From the IMG/VR virus record IMGVR_UViG_3300030059_002417, positions 1 through 40,827 of that record: 40,827 nucleotides of DNA; one strand, 5' to 3'. Both the position numbers and the translations under genes were made by a program. Shown piece by piece: positions 32,184 to 40,827 of the stretch. The notes under the pieces were generated by a model. It made no database searches, was not told the origin of the DNA, and saw nothing but the letters and a program-made list of their open reading frames with translations. Each line of letters begins with the position of its first letter. The first letter of the stretch is position 1. The stretch is from a virus. Taxonomy: Duplodnaviria; Caudoviricetes.

Positions 32184-34610
32184 TTACGTTTTCTTCTTTT
32201 TAGAGAGTGTCATGCTAGTTACTATACCTTCGTCGTCGTATCCAAGATCAAATACTGGCATATTACTCTGTGTAAACCCACCGGGACCAACATCAAAAAC
32301 AGATCTTCTTTCTTGTGAATCAAGTAGAAAATCAGAACCAGTACCTTTGTATCCTGCTACTCTGGGTACTCTAGCTAAGTTACCTGATATTTCGTCAAAT
32401 CCTTGTACTGCTTGTCTTTGTCTCGCTAATAACAAGCTTATAGCTGTATCTATTTGACTATTAACTATTTCTTTATTGTTTAAATTTATAGAAAATTTAC
32501 CATCAGAATCTTTTTCTACTAAACCACCAAAGAAAGGTACTATAATTTGATTTAAAACATCTTTGTCAGAAATAGAGTTTGCAGACTGCGTATTACCAAT
32601 AGCAACACTAACAATATCTCCTAAAGCTGCTAATGCTGTTACTTCTATTTCCTTTTGAGTTGAATATTTTTTATCTACTTCTACGCCAAAAAACACTGCT
32701 GCTTTGTCTGCTGTTTTAGCAACAAATCCCTTAACGCCTCTTGCAAAAGGAGCCGTTTCAGGGTCATTAACAAGTTTTTTAACTTGATCAAAAATACCTA
32801 TAGCTCTAGTTGCATCTTCAGCTTGATTTATAAATCCTCTTGCCAATGTCTGTTGTCCTTCAACTCCTGCTGCTTTAGCAGGATCTATTTTTGAAGCGAA
32901 AATAGCCGCATAATCTTTCAAAGATTTTACAGACGCTAAAGACTCCATTTTGTCTCCATATTTCATTCTATCGGCCATACTTAATTCAACGTGTCCACCT
33001 TTAGGAATAAATCTGTTATTTTTCCCTGGTCTTGGATCGGTAAAACCACCCTCTCCAACAACGTACAAATCGAAGTTTCTCATGTCGGATCTTAACTGAG
33101 CTTCTTCAGTTGCTTGCTTTGACATTCCATACTTCAACGCAGCTAAACCAACTTGCCTGTTAAACGCATCTTTACTTGCTTTGTCTTTAATAAACATATC
33201 CGCACCACTTGAAAGAGCTTTAGATATGTTTACTAAGGCGTAAGGGCTTGTTCCACTTGACATAGCTGCCCCAATTTTCATCAACGCCAATCCTTTATCA
33301 AGACCCTCGTACTTAGGTGCGTTCGATGTAAACTGAGCCATAAGATCTTTTAACTGAGAAGTTAAAGCGTCTTTGTTTCCTGTTTCAACACTATTTGCAA
33401 TGTTTTCGCCAGATCTTGTTGCATCTGACACTTGATTTTTATCAACATCAGCTGTTGGTTCTTCTCGACCCAAACCCTCTGTCATGAGTCCGTCTGGACC
33501 AATAGAGGATTCTTCTCCCGTTGTTGCGGCATCCTCGTTTATTCTTCTTGCTTCCGCTGCCGACATACCTTGACGAGCATCTTCAAAAGAAGCTTCTCTA
33601 GCGGTTTCAAGTTCCGTTTTATCCTCTTGATTACGAATTTCACTAGCAATTCTAGCGGCTTCGAGTTCGGCGTTCATCTCTTCGCTTTGACCCTCTAACA
33701 ACGCTGTTTGATTTTCTGCCGCAAGGTTTTGTAGTTGTCCTGTTTGACCCTCACTTAATGCTCCCATTCCTTCTGGATCGTCATACAAAGGTCCCATTGA
33801 TCTAACTTTTACTCCTGGTCTAAATGAAAGTCCTTGCTCTAATCCTCCAATGCCAGATTCATTCGCCATCTCTCTGTTGTACTCTAAAAGTGCTTGTGCG
33901 TTCTTATCTTTTGAAATGTCGATAACAGGAGTTTGATACTCACTTCCTGATCGTTGTCCTGTAATGTTTCCTGTAATGTTTAATTTTTGTCTTATAGTCG
34001 CTGGATCTTTGTATCTGTCTGAAGGATATTTTGAAGGGAAAAAATCAAAATCGTATGTGGGGCCGCCAAAAGCATCGCTTTCAGTCGGGAAGTTTTCACC
34101 TAAAGCCATACCACGAGTTTTTTGGTTTTCAGTAGGTTTTAACTCAGTATATCCTTTAAGCTCACCATTATCAAAAATAGGATATCCAATACGAGTTCCA
34201 TCTGGTGCTATTGCTGGGAACCTTCCAACAGCTTGACTTCCAGTTATTATAGACTCTTGTTTTGCTTGTTCGGCTCCTTTCTCTGCATTTTCTCTGACAC
34301 TTGGGTCAAACCCCAGCCCAAGTGTATCATAAAAACTAGGGTAAATACTAGGTTCCATCAAACGTTCTTGTTGTTCAAACTCTCCCCCTGGAATCCGTAT
34401 TTGATTGTTTTGCCTACGAGATTGATCTTTAAGTATGTTTCTTTGTGCCAAGCTTGGAATAGCTTTTTTAATACCTCCACCATTTGAAAACATCTGGACC
34501 GTGTCCATAAGTTCGGGGGACGAGGACATAATGCCACCAGCCTTATTAAGTGCATCCCGTGCCGGACGAGATCTTGCCTTTTGAAACATTTTTCGATTTA
34601 AAACATTCAC
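32184..34610 (-). CDS. Putative internal virion / ejection protein
   Basis: 808 aa; MNVLNRKMF start; MFSNGG motif; position. Confidence 0.55.
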   Translation of the reverse strand: MNVLNRKMFQKARSRPARDALNKAGGIMSSSPELMDTVQMFSNGGGIKKAIPSLAQRNILKDQSRRQNNQIRIPGGEFEQQERLMEPSIYPSFYDTLGLGFDPSVRENAEKGAEQAKQESIITGSQAVGRFPAIAPDGTRIGYPIFDNGELKGYTELKPTENQKTRGMALGENFPTESDAFGGPTYDFDFFPSKYPSDRYKDPATIRQKLNITGNITGQRSGSEYQTPVIDISKDKNAQALLEYNREMANESGIGGLEQGLSFRPGVKVRSMGPLYDDPEGMGALSEGQTGQLQNLAAENQTALLEGQSEEMNAELEAARIASEIRNQEDKTELETAREASFEDARQGMSAAEARRINEDAATTGEESSIGPDGLMTEGLGREEPTADVDKNQVSDATRSGENIANSVETGNKDALTSQLKDLMAQFTSNAPKYEGLDKGLALMKIGAAMSSGTSPYALVNISKALSSGADMFIKDKASKDAFNRQVGLAALKYGMSKQATEEAQLRSDMRNFDLYVVGEGGFTDPRPGKNNRFIPKGGHVELSMADRMKYGDKMESLASVKSLKDYAAIFASKIDPAKAAGVEGQQTLARGFINQAEDATRAIGIFDQVKKLVNDPETAPFARGVKGFVAKTADKAAVFFGVEVDKKYSTQKEIEVTALAALGDIVSVAIGNTQSANSISDKDVLNQIIVPFFGGLVEKDSDGKFSINLNNKEIVNSQIDTAISLLLARQRQAVQGFDEISGNLARVPRVAGYKGTGSDFLLDSQERRSVFDVGPGGFTQSNMPVFDLGYDDEGIVTSMTLSKKKKT

Positions 34611-34621
34611 GATCTAATCCT

Positions 34622-35677
34622 TTAGTTAAACAAGTTTGTTCGATTCAACCCTGCAAGCTGTACTCCTGCTCCTGCTAGTCCTGACATTGCGCTCGGAGGA
34701 GCTTGATACGTTCCACCGTATGTACTTTGAGTTGATGGCACACCTCTAAATATGTCACCCATGAAGGCCAAGTTCTGATAAGGCTGTCGGTTTCGATCCA
34801 TAATATCCTGACGATACGCATCCAAACCAGTTTGATTGTATTGCTGTTCCATACCGCCAAGACCCAATAGCATGTTAACATCTCTGCCTTGTGCTCCCTG
34901 AAAACCTTCTCCTAAACTAGCCTGATTCATTCCTGCTGACGTTAGTCCTCCTGCCAAAGATCCAAGTCCTTGTCCCGTTTGACCATACGCACTTCCTAAA
35001 GAACCAAACAACGACGCTGCATTCTGCTGACGATTAGCCTGATTTCCAAACGCAGACTGTGCTCCCTGCAACGCTTGCTGATATCCTTGAGATCGAAGTC
35101 CAGAAGACGTTCGTGCCATTTGATCCGCTGTATCTCTGTTTAATTGTCCTTGTGCGACAGCCCCTCGACTTCCACCAAACGCTCCTTGACCAACAGTATT
35201 TGCACTTAGTTTATTCCCAAACATTTTATTCTGACGCATTAAGTCCGCTTCTGACTGTTTAATAACTGCATCTGTATATGGATCCATGAATTTGCTTACA
35301 GCGGTATTGCCTTCCGCGTCCATCGCGCCTGGATCAAACTGACCCATTGAACCTCGAAGAGCTTGTGCTCCTGCCTGATAAAGAGGAATACCAGAACTTC
35401 CGATACCCATAGCTTGCTTGTAGCCTCCAATACCTTCGCTAATAGTATCAGCACCTGCTTGCATCATAGGTTGGTACGAGCCAATGCCACCATATCCAAG
35501 TTGAAACGCAGATTGTTGTCCAGGCGCAAACCCTGCAACTTGTCGTTGCGGTATATTCATGGACGTTCCGGATAAAGACTGAGCGTTGGAAAGTAAATCT
35601 TTGAGGTATTCTTCTTGATACGCAGGAAGAAGGGTTATTTGTTCGTTACGGGTAGTATAATCCTGTGGTGAAGCCAT
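34622..35677 (-). CDS. Q/G/A-rich putative ejection (pilot) protein
   Basis: FMDPY...GAFGGSR motif; Q/G-rich; position. Confidence 0.6.
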   Translation of the reverse strand: MASPQDYTTRNEQITLLPAYQEEYLKDLLSNAQSLSGTSMNIPQRQVAGFAPGQQSAFQLGYGGIGSYQPMMQAGADTISEGIGGYKQAMGIGSSGIPLYQAGAQALRGSMGQFDPGAMDAEGNTAVSKFMDPYTDAVIKQSEADLMRQNKMFGNKLSANTVGQGAFGGSRGAVAQGQLNRDTADQMARTSSGLRSQGYQQALQGAQSAFGNQANRQQNAASLFGSLGSAYGQTGQGLGSLAGGLTSAGMNQASLGEGFQGAQGRDVNMLLGLGGMEQQYNQTGLDAYRQDIMDRNRQPYQNLAFMGDIFRGVPSTQSTYGGTYQAPPSAMSGLAGAGVQLAGLNRTNLFN

Positions 35678-36417
35678 TATGCTCTCCTCTCAAGCTTATT
35701 CATCATTTGATACATCTTGGCTGCTCCTGTTGCACGATTTCCATCACCTGCCCCCTTAACAGCATTGGCTGTCATAACAAACTCACCGTCCGAGAGCCGA
35801 GCTTCTTGGACCGGACCCCCATTTTGATATATCATCGCTGGTATTGAATCACTTCTACCTGTCCCTGGTCCTTGGATAAAACCGCCGTTAGCAGCCATCA
35901 TAATACCTTGCATTGATCGTTGAGCTTCTTCAGGAGTTTTAAAAAACTCTCCTGTATACGGGTTTGGAAACTGAGCAAACTGTGTGGGAACATAATCTGG
36001 GCTTGATTCCAACCGTCGAGGATCAGGTGAAGCATTGCTAATTAGTTTTGGTTTTTCAAATGCTGATCCGACTAGACTTGCTGTAATTAAGTTCTTAGGA
36101 GTCATTAAACTTCCTAATCCACCCAAAGCCCCTGCTCCTGCCGTAGTTGCTCCTGTTGCGGCCGCTGTACCTGCTGCTGTATTCGCTAAACTTGCTGCCG
36201 CTGTACCTGTCTTTGCCGCTCCCATGAGTCCACCAAGACCTTTAGATGCGTCAGCAATCATTGGACCTGCTGCATATCCAAGAGCCCCAGCAGTAAGTGC
36301 GTCCTTCACAGATCCACCGCCAAGAAGTGTTCCTATGCCAGAACCCAACCATATTGGAATTCCCAATGTGGTTGCAAATATTGCTCCAGCTGCTCCTAAT
36401 AATTTTTTTAAACTCAC
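35677..36417 (-). CDS. Virion protein with tape-measure-type xxGG...SDSIPA...LSDGEFV motif
   Basis: GTG start after AGGAG; AANGGFIQGPGTGRSDSIPA...LSDGEFV; hydrophobic N-terminus. Confidence 0.65.
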   Translation of the reverse strand: MSLKKLLGAAGAIFATTLGIPIWLGSGIGTLLGGGSVKDALTAGALGYAAGPMIADASKGLGGLMGAAKTGTAAASLANTAAGTAAATGATTAGAGALGGLGSLMTPKNLITASLVGSAFEKPKLISNASPDPRRLESSPDYVPTQFAQFPNPYTGEFFKTPEEAQRSMQGIMMAANGGFIQGPGTGRSDSIPAMIYQNGGPVQEARLSDGEFVMTANAVKGAGDGNRATGAAKMYQMMNKLERRA

Positions 36418-36479
36418 AGCTTTGTTCTCCTGTATTTTTGCTATAGTATCAGACTTATTTTGTTTTTACTAGATTCAAA

Positions 36480-36794
36480 TTAACCAATAGTAACAGATAC
36501 TGTTCCTACTCCGCCACTCGCCGTTATGCCCCTCAAATTCGTTTGATCAACAAGAGTAATCTTAATAAATCCCATCATTCCAGACGCATCTCTATATTGG
36601 TACAACTCTCCTGGGGCTAGTCCTTGGTCGTCCGTCTGCAAGTTTGTAAGATTTAATCCCGTGTTTCGACCTTCTCCTGGGTTTTGCATTTGAATCAAAT
36701 AAGTAGAAAAAGACCGCATGATCTCTGCCATGTACTGTTGATTGTACTCCTCTGGAGGAGTAGGAAAAAACGGAAGGACTAAATTTCTTGACAT
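36480..36794 (-). CDS. Hypothetical tail-associated protein
   Basis: TAATG-coupled to the tail protein; 104 aa. Confidence 0.7.
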   Translation of the reverse strand: MSRNLVLPFFPTPPEEYNQQYMAEIMRSFSTYLIQMQNPGEGRNTGLNLTNLQTDDQGLAPGELYQYRDASGMMGFIKITLVDQTNLRGITASGGVGTVSVTIG

Positions 36795-38719
36795 TATCTT
36801 CTTCCATCGGGCTTAAGATCTATTCGAGGAGACCCCAATCTCCACGTGACTCCTGTATCGGTCGAAGCAACTCTTAATGCAAGAGACCTTCCTCTAAGAC
36901 GGAGATTAACTTGGTTTGTAAATTGTTCTATAACGGTCGATGTTCCCGATGTGGTTTGATTAACAGCGTTAGCGTCTGTTTGTAAGTAAGCTCCTCCAGG
37001 GTAGTTCCTTGCTTTAAGAGTTAATGTTGCAGAAGGAGAGGTAGCAGTAGAATCTCTAAAAGCTATATCGGGTATTATTCTATTAACAAAGGAAAATTGA
37101 TTGCCATCACCAATATCAACTTGACTTGATTCAATATGCGCCGCTATAGCCGAGGCTGGTTCAGTACTTCCATCATCAAAACCATTTTCGTGTTCATACA
37201 AGTAATGATCTGTTCCTGCTGCGACAGGATTGGCTTGAATACCTCTGTCTAACCAAACAGTTCGAGCCAAATTACCGTAATACCAAATTTTTTGTTGATA
37301 GTTGTAAATAACATACTTATCATTATCAACACTATTTGCACTTGGGTAAAACCACCACACTTCAGAAAAAGAATTGTTTGTTGATGCCGTTACTTTCTCG
37401 GCTTGTAATAAATTAAAATCAGAAAAAACATAATCTCTGACGGTACAGGGTAGTCTTTGAACACCACCACCATAGACATAAAACTCTTGTTTTCCCATCC
37501 AAAACACCAAATCTTCAACAGCAATAGCAGCAAGAGGGCCAGCAACCGTGATGTTTTCAGATATAACTGAAATACCAAAAGTAAACGGTGGCCCTAAGAA
37601 TTGCATGGCGTGAAGAGACTCATCTGTAAACACAAGAACTTGTTGCCGTGTTTCAATAGCTGTTATAATTTCAGACCCAGAACCAATTTTTAACTCACCA
37701 GCTGTATTCGTTGCCAACGTTTGCCAATCTGTAGGACTTTCTTGAGAACTAAAACGTATTAAAAGTGGATCTTGTGTGCCTATTGCAGATTCAGGATCAC
37801 ACCCAAAAGCTATAATGTGCCTGTCTGCATCAGAAACAAGGACCTTCTTAGCAATGGTTGGTGCTAATGTTGATCCAGATAAAGACGAAAGCTTCACGGC
37901 TCTTGCTCCTATACCACTAGATTTATCCCAGTAGAATATTCCACCATCTCTAGCATTAAGTATAAGATCCTCACCAAAATTATCGTGGCTCCATATTCTT
38001 AACGTCAAACCACTAACGCTAAGATCTGCGTTACTATTCCAAGTACCACGACCATAAGATCCTGCATTCCAACCGTTACCTCCAACTTGAGTATCTAGAC
38101 CAACAGTCACTTGATAGGCTGCGTCGGCTGCTGAACCACCATTACCACTATCACTTGCATTCGCCACAACAGGAACTGGGTTTAGTCCTGCCGTTGTGGT
38201 AATACTTCCTATGGAGGTATCCGCAACCCTAGCTACAAATGTAAAAGTATTAGAAGTAGGAACAGATACCACTTGATATTCTTGATTTAAAACTCCTGCG
38301 GTGATAACACCACCAAGAGTAGCTGCATCTGTTATAGTTACAAAATCACCTATTCCTGCTCCATGAGCATCATCCGTAGCTGTAATAGTAGAGGAACCAT
38401 TAGTTGCTGCAAAGACAATACCGTTTGTAGTTGTCGCTCGAAGAGGAGTTATATCATTATACCCTCCCCCTTCTTTTATATAGTATTTAAGATGAGTTCC
38501 TACGCCAAGAAATTGTGTACCATCGGACGCTAACCAAGGATGTAAAGCCCTACAGCTTCCTAAGAAAGCAACATTGCTTTCTTTTGTCCAACCTCCTATT
38601 TTCTCTGGAAAACCAAACCGAAAACGAGTTTTGTCGATATCAAACCAACCGCCCTCATTCGTATAGGATGTTGTTTCTCTGTTTACGCCCGGTCGAAACT
38701 GTAATTTCGTTAATGGCAT
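36794..38719 (-). CDS. Tail hub / packaged DNA stabilization protein (P22 gp10 / tubular B-like)
   Basis: 641 aa, beta-rich; LLIRFSSQE..DW...AGEL, VWWFYPS; position before the ejection genes. Confidence 0.7.
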   Translation of the reverse strand: MPLTKLQFRPGVNRETTSYTNEGGWFDIDKTRFRFGFPEKIGGWTKESNVAFLGSCRALHPWLASDGTQFLGVGTHLKYYIKEGGGYNDITPLRATTTNGIVFAATNGSSTITATDDAHGAGIGDFVTITDAATLGGVITAGVLNQEYQVVSVPTSNTFTFVARVADTSIGSITTTAGLNPVPVVANASDSGNGGSAADAAYQVTVGLDTQVGGNGWNAGSYGRGTWNSNADLSVSGLTLRIWSHDNFGEDLILNARDGGIFYWDKSSGIGARAVKLSSLSGSTLAPTIAKKVLVSDADRHIIAFGCDPESAIGTQDPLLIRFSSQESPTDWQTLATNTAGELKIGSGSEIITAIETRQQVLVFTDESLHAMQFLGPPFTFGISVISENITVAGPLAAIAVEDLVFWMGKQEFYVYGGGVQRLPCTVRDYVFSDFNLLQAEKVTASTNNSFSEVWWFYPSANSVDNDKYVIYNYQQKIWYYGNLARTVWLDRGIQANPVAAGTDHYLYEHENGFDDGSTEPASAIAAHIESSQVDIGDGNQFSFVNRIIPDIAFRDSTATSPSATLTLKARNYPGGAYLQTDANAVNQTTSGTSTVIEQFTNQVNLRLRGRSLALRVASTDTGVTWRLGSPRIDLKPDGRR

Positions 38720-38733
38720 TCAAGATATTCCTT

Positions 38734-38925
38734 TTACATCCGATACAGTATTGCTAACAACAGAAGAATAATTGAAGTAGCAGACCCAACTGCCCAAGCT
38801 TCAATCCGCTTAACACGATTATACAAGTCTTTAAATTGAATACTGATTTCAGTCTCCAAAGCAACGACCCTTTTGTCGATCTCTGCAACCTCAGTTGAAA
38901 TACCTGTATTTTTGTTTTTCATCAT
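38734..38925 (-). CDS. Small coiled-coil plus TM protein (XhlA-like)
   Basis: Heptad N-terminus, hydrophobic C-terminus. Confidence 0.55.
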   Translation of the reverse strand: MMKNKNTGISTEVAEIDKRVVALETEISIQFKDLYNRVKRIEAWAVGSATSIILLLLAILYRM

Positions 38926-39197
38926 CCTACAAAAGTCGTTCCTGCTGATATCGCTGCGTTGATTGCGGTCATGTCCTCACTGCCCCAATCATCTCTAGCC
39001 ATCATGGTTACAAGGTATCCCATGCTGCGTGACACTCTTTCTTTCTTTTCATCATGGCTCATGTCATGCCCAAAGTCTCTATCTGTTGCAGCACTGCCTT
39101 TGTCATGCGTAGCTATAACGATTGTAATAGTACTTGCACCACCTAAACACGCTGCGTGATTTTGTGCTTTTAGTTCGTCTGTCCTTGCTTCAGCCAT
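38922..39197 (-). CDS. Hypothetical protein downstream of the tail fibre
   Basis: AAGGAG RBS; 91 aa. Confidence 0.7.
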   Translation of the reverse strand: MAEARTDELKAQNHAACLGGASTITIVIATHDKGSAATDRDFGHDMSHDEKKERVSRSMGYLVTMMARDDWGSEDMTAINAAISAGTTFVG

Positions 39198-39209
39198 TGA
39201 TTATCTCCT

Positions 39210-40826
39210 TTATCCGTCTTCTAATGTTTTTACCCGTGCTATGAGTGCTGTGTTTGCTGCTGATAATTCTTGTAATGCTTTAACAAGAATTGGGATTAAC
39301 GCAGCCTCTGCTACCTCTTGTGAACCATCATCTCTGTCGTCCCACAAAGTAAAGCCATCTTTAATTTCAGAGTGAGCATCCATTGCAACTTTAACTTCTT
39401 GAGCTATAAACCCATGATTAGTTTTTGCGTTCTTATATACTTCTGTAGAGTCTTCTTCATAGGAACTAAAAGCTTTTGGTAAATCACCTTTATTTTTATA
39501 CTTAAACGTTCTAGGTTTAAGGTCATTTATAAAAGATAATCCTGCTGTAGCATCTGCTATATCTTTTTTGTATCGTTCATCTGAAACAGTTGCCCATGTT
39601 ACATTTCCATGAGCAGCCCTTATATCATCTCCTTCTTTACCTAAAGTAGTATACCCTGCTGCACCTGCAACTGTGAATCCAATAACATTGGCATAGTCTG
39701 CATCAACAGCAGTTGCAGATGCTTTATATCCTACAAAAACATTACCATCACCTGTTGTAAAGTTACCAGCGGTTACTCCACTGTTACCTGCATTATTTCC
39801 AAGAAACGTATTTTGCTTGCCTGTCGTGAGTGTAGCTCCACACGCCCTTCCCACAGCAACATTTTCCATAGCAGTTGCAGTAGAACCTCCCACATTTTGA
39901 ACTACTAAAGCAGCAATTCCTATTGCAGTAGAAAAATTACCTACTGTATCTCCACCTAATGCATCTTGTCCAATAGCAGTATTAAAACCACCTATCGTTA
40001 ATGCGTCGCCAGTATTCGCCCCAACAAGACTGTTAAGTGTCCCTGAAGTCAAACCATGTCCAGATCTAAAACCAACCGCTGTATTGAAAGTATCAGCGTT
40101 CGCCACCGTATGAACTAATAAGGATTGATACCCCAGAGCTACGTTACCACCTGCGCCAACATTACCCCCTAGCGACTCATAACCAACCGCAACGTTGTTT
40201 GGTGCTATTGTAGCAGTATCACCTGATAAAGAACCAATGAACGTATTTCTTGTTCCTGTTAGAATTGATGCACCTGCATTATAACCAACCGCAACATTTA
40301 AACTGTCAGCAGCTGTAGTGAGGTTTTGAGCCCCTAAAGCATCATATCCAATAGCAGTAGATTTACTGCCTAGTGTATCTGCACCTAAAGATCCTGTTCC
40401 TATAGCGGTATTAAAATCTGCATCCGTTAACGCATCTCCTGCTGCTGCACCAACAATAGTGTTTTGTACTCCTGTAGTGATTTCTGAACCTGCCGAAGAA
40501 CCAATTGCGGTATTAAAAGTATTAGCAGCAGTAGCAGAAGTCATGTTAGCTAATGCTGCTGTACCAACAGCAGTATTTTTAGCTCCTGCTACATTGGTGG
40601 TAAAAGCGTCTTTACCGACAGCAGTGTTACCTGATGCCGTAGTGTTTGCATCTCCTGTTCGATAGCCCATAAAAACATTGTCGTCTCCATCTGTGATTGC
40701 CGTTCCTGCCTCATCGCCCACGACAGTGTTGTTGTTACCGCCACTCGCTATAGAGTTACCTGCGTTGACACCGAATCTTACATTTGATGTACCCAGTGTT
40801 GGCGTTGATAAAGAACCGTCTGAGGC
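39210..40826 (-). CDS. Tail fibre/spike with NTAxG beta-roll repeats and C-terminal intramolecular chaperone (peptidase S74); 5'-truncated
   Basis: Repeated NTA[IV]G/NVA[VL]G units; SDERYKKDI autocleavage motif; GFIAQEV; frame is open to the window edge. Confidence 0.88.
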   Translation of the reverse strand, partial: ASDGSLSTPTLGTSNVRFGVNAGNSIASGGNNNTVVGDEAGTAITDGDDNVFMGYRTGDANTTASGNTAVGKDAFTTNVAGAKNTAVGTAALANMTSATAANTFNTAIGSSAGSEITTGVQNTIVGAAAGDALTDADFNTAIGTGSLGADTLGSKSTAIGYDALGAQNLTTAADSLNVAVGYNAGASILTGTRNTFIGSLSGDTATIAPNNVAVGYESLGGNVGAGGNVALGYQSLLVHTVANADTFNTAVGFRSGHGLTSGTLNSLVGANTGDALTIGGFNTAIGQDALGGDTVGNFSTAIGIAALVVQNVGGSTATAMENVAVGRACGATLTTGKQNTFLGNNAGNSGVTAGNFTTGDGNVFVGYKASATAVDADYANVIGFTVAGAAGYTTLGKEGDDIRAAHGNVTWATVSDERYKKDIADATAGLSFINDLKPRTFKYKNKGDLPKAFSSYEEDSTEVYKNAKTNHGFIAQEVKVAMDAHSEIKDGFTLWDDRDDGSQEVAEAALIPILVKALQELSAANTALIARVKTLEDG

Positions 40827-40827
40827 T

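Overview
About 41 kb of a tailed dsDNA phage genome (podovirus-like, ~40% GC by eye). Gene content resembles marine phages of alphaproteobacteria; this is an inference and no host marker is present. Layout: minus-strand holin, 2OG-Fe(II) oxygenase, portal and terL (1-8.6 kb); a non-coding switch region with repeats and a G-quadruplex motif (8.6-9.1 kb); plus-strand early operons with three sigma70-like promoters, interrupted by minus-strand terS and a nuclease gene and an origin-like inverted repeat (9.1-18.9 kb); SleB-type hydrolase and SNF2 helicase; a replication module (SSB, AEP primase, AlpA-like protein, UvrD-like helicase, PolA); then minus-strand GH108 lysin, ejection/tail proteins and a truncated S74-chaperone tail fibre. 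No capsid gene, integrase, tRNA or CRISPR was seen. The most notable signals are: (1) a C5-methyltransferase locus with a second protein nested in the +1 frame, with its own RBS, carrying motif IX and five repeat-bounded WPTP...LxxAV modules, a candidate modular multispecific MTase; (2) a three-hairpin intergenic RNA whose loops are exactly antisense to the RBSs of the first gene of each of the three early operons; (3) two tandem paralogous 15-aa-repeat proteins translationally coupled to the MTase.
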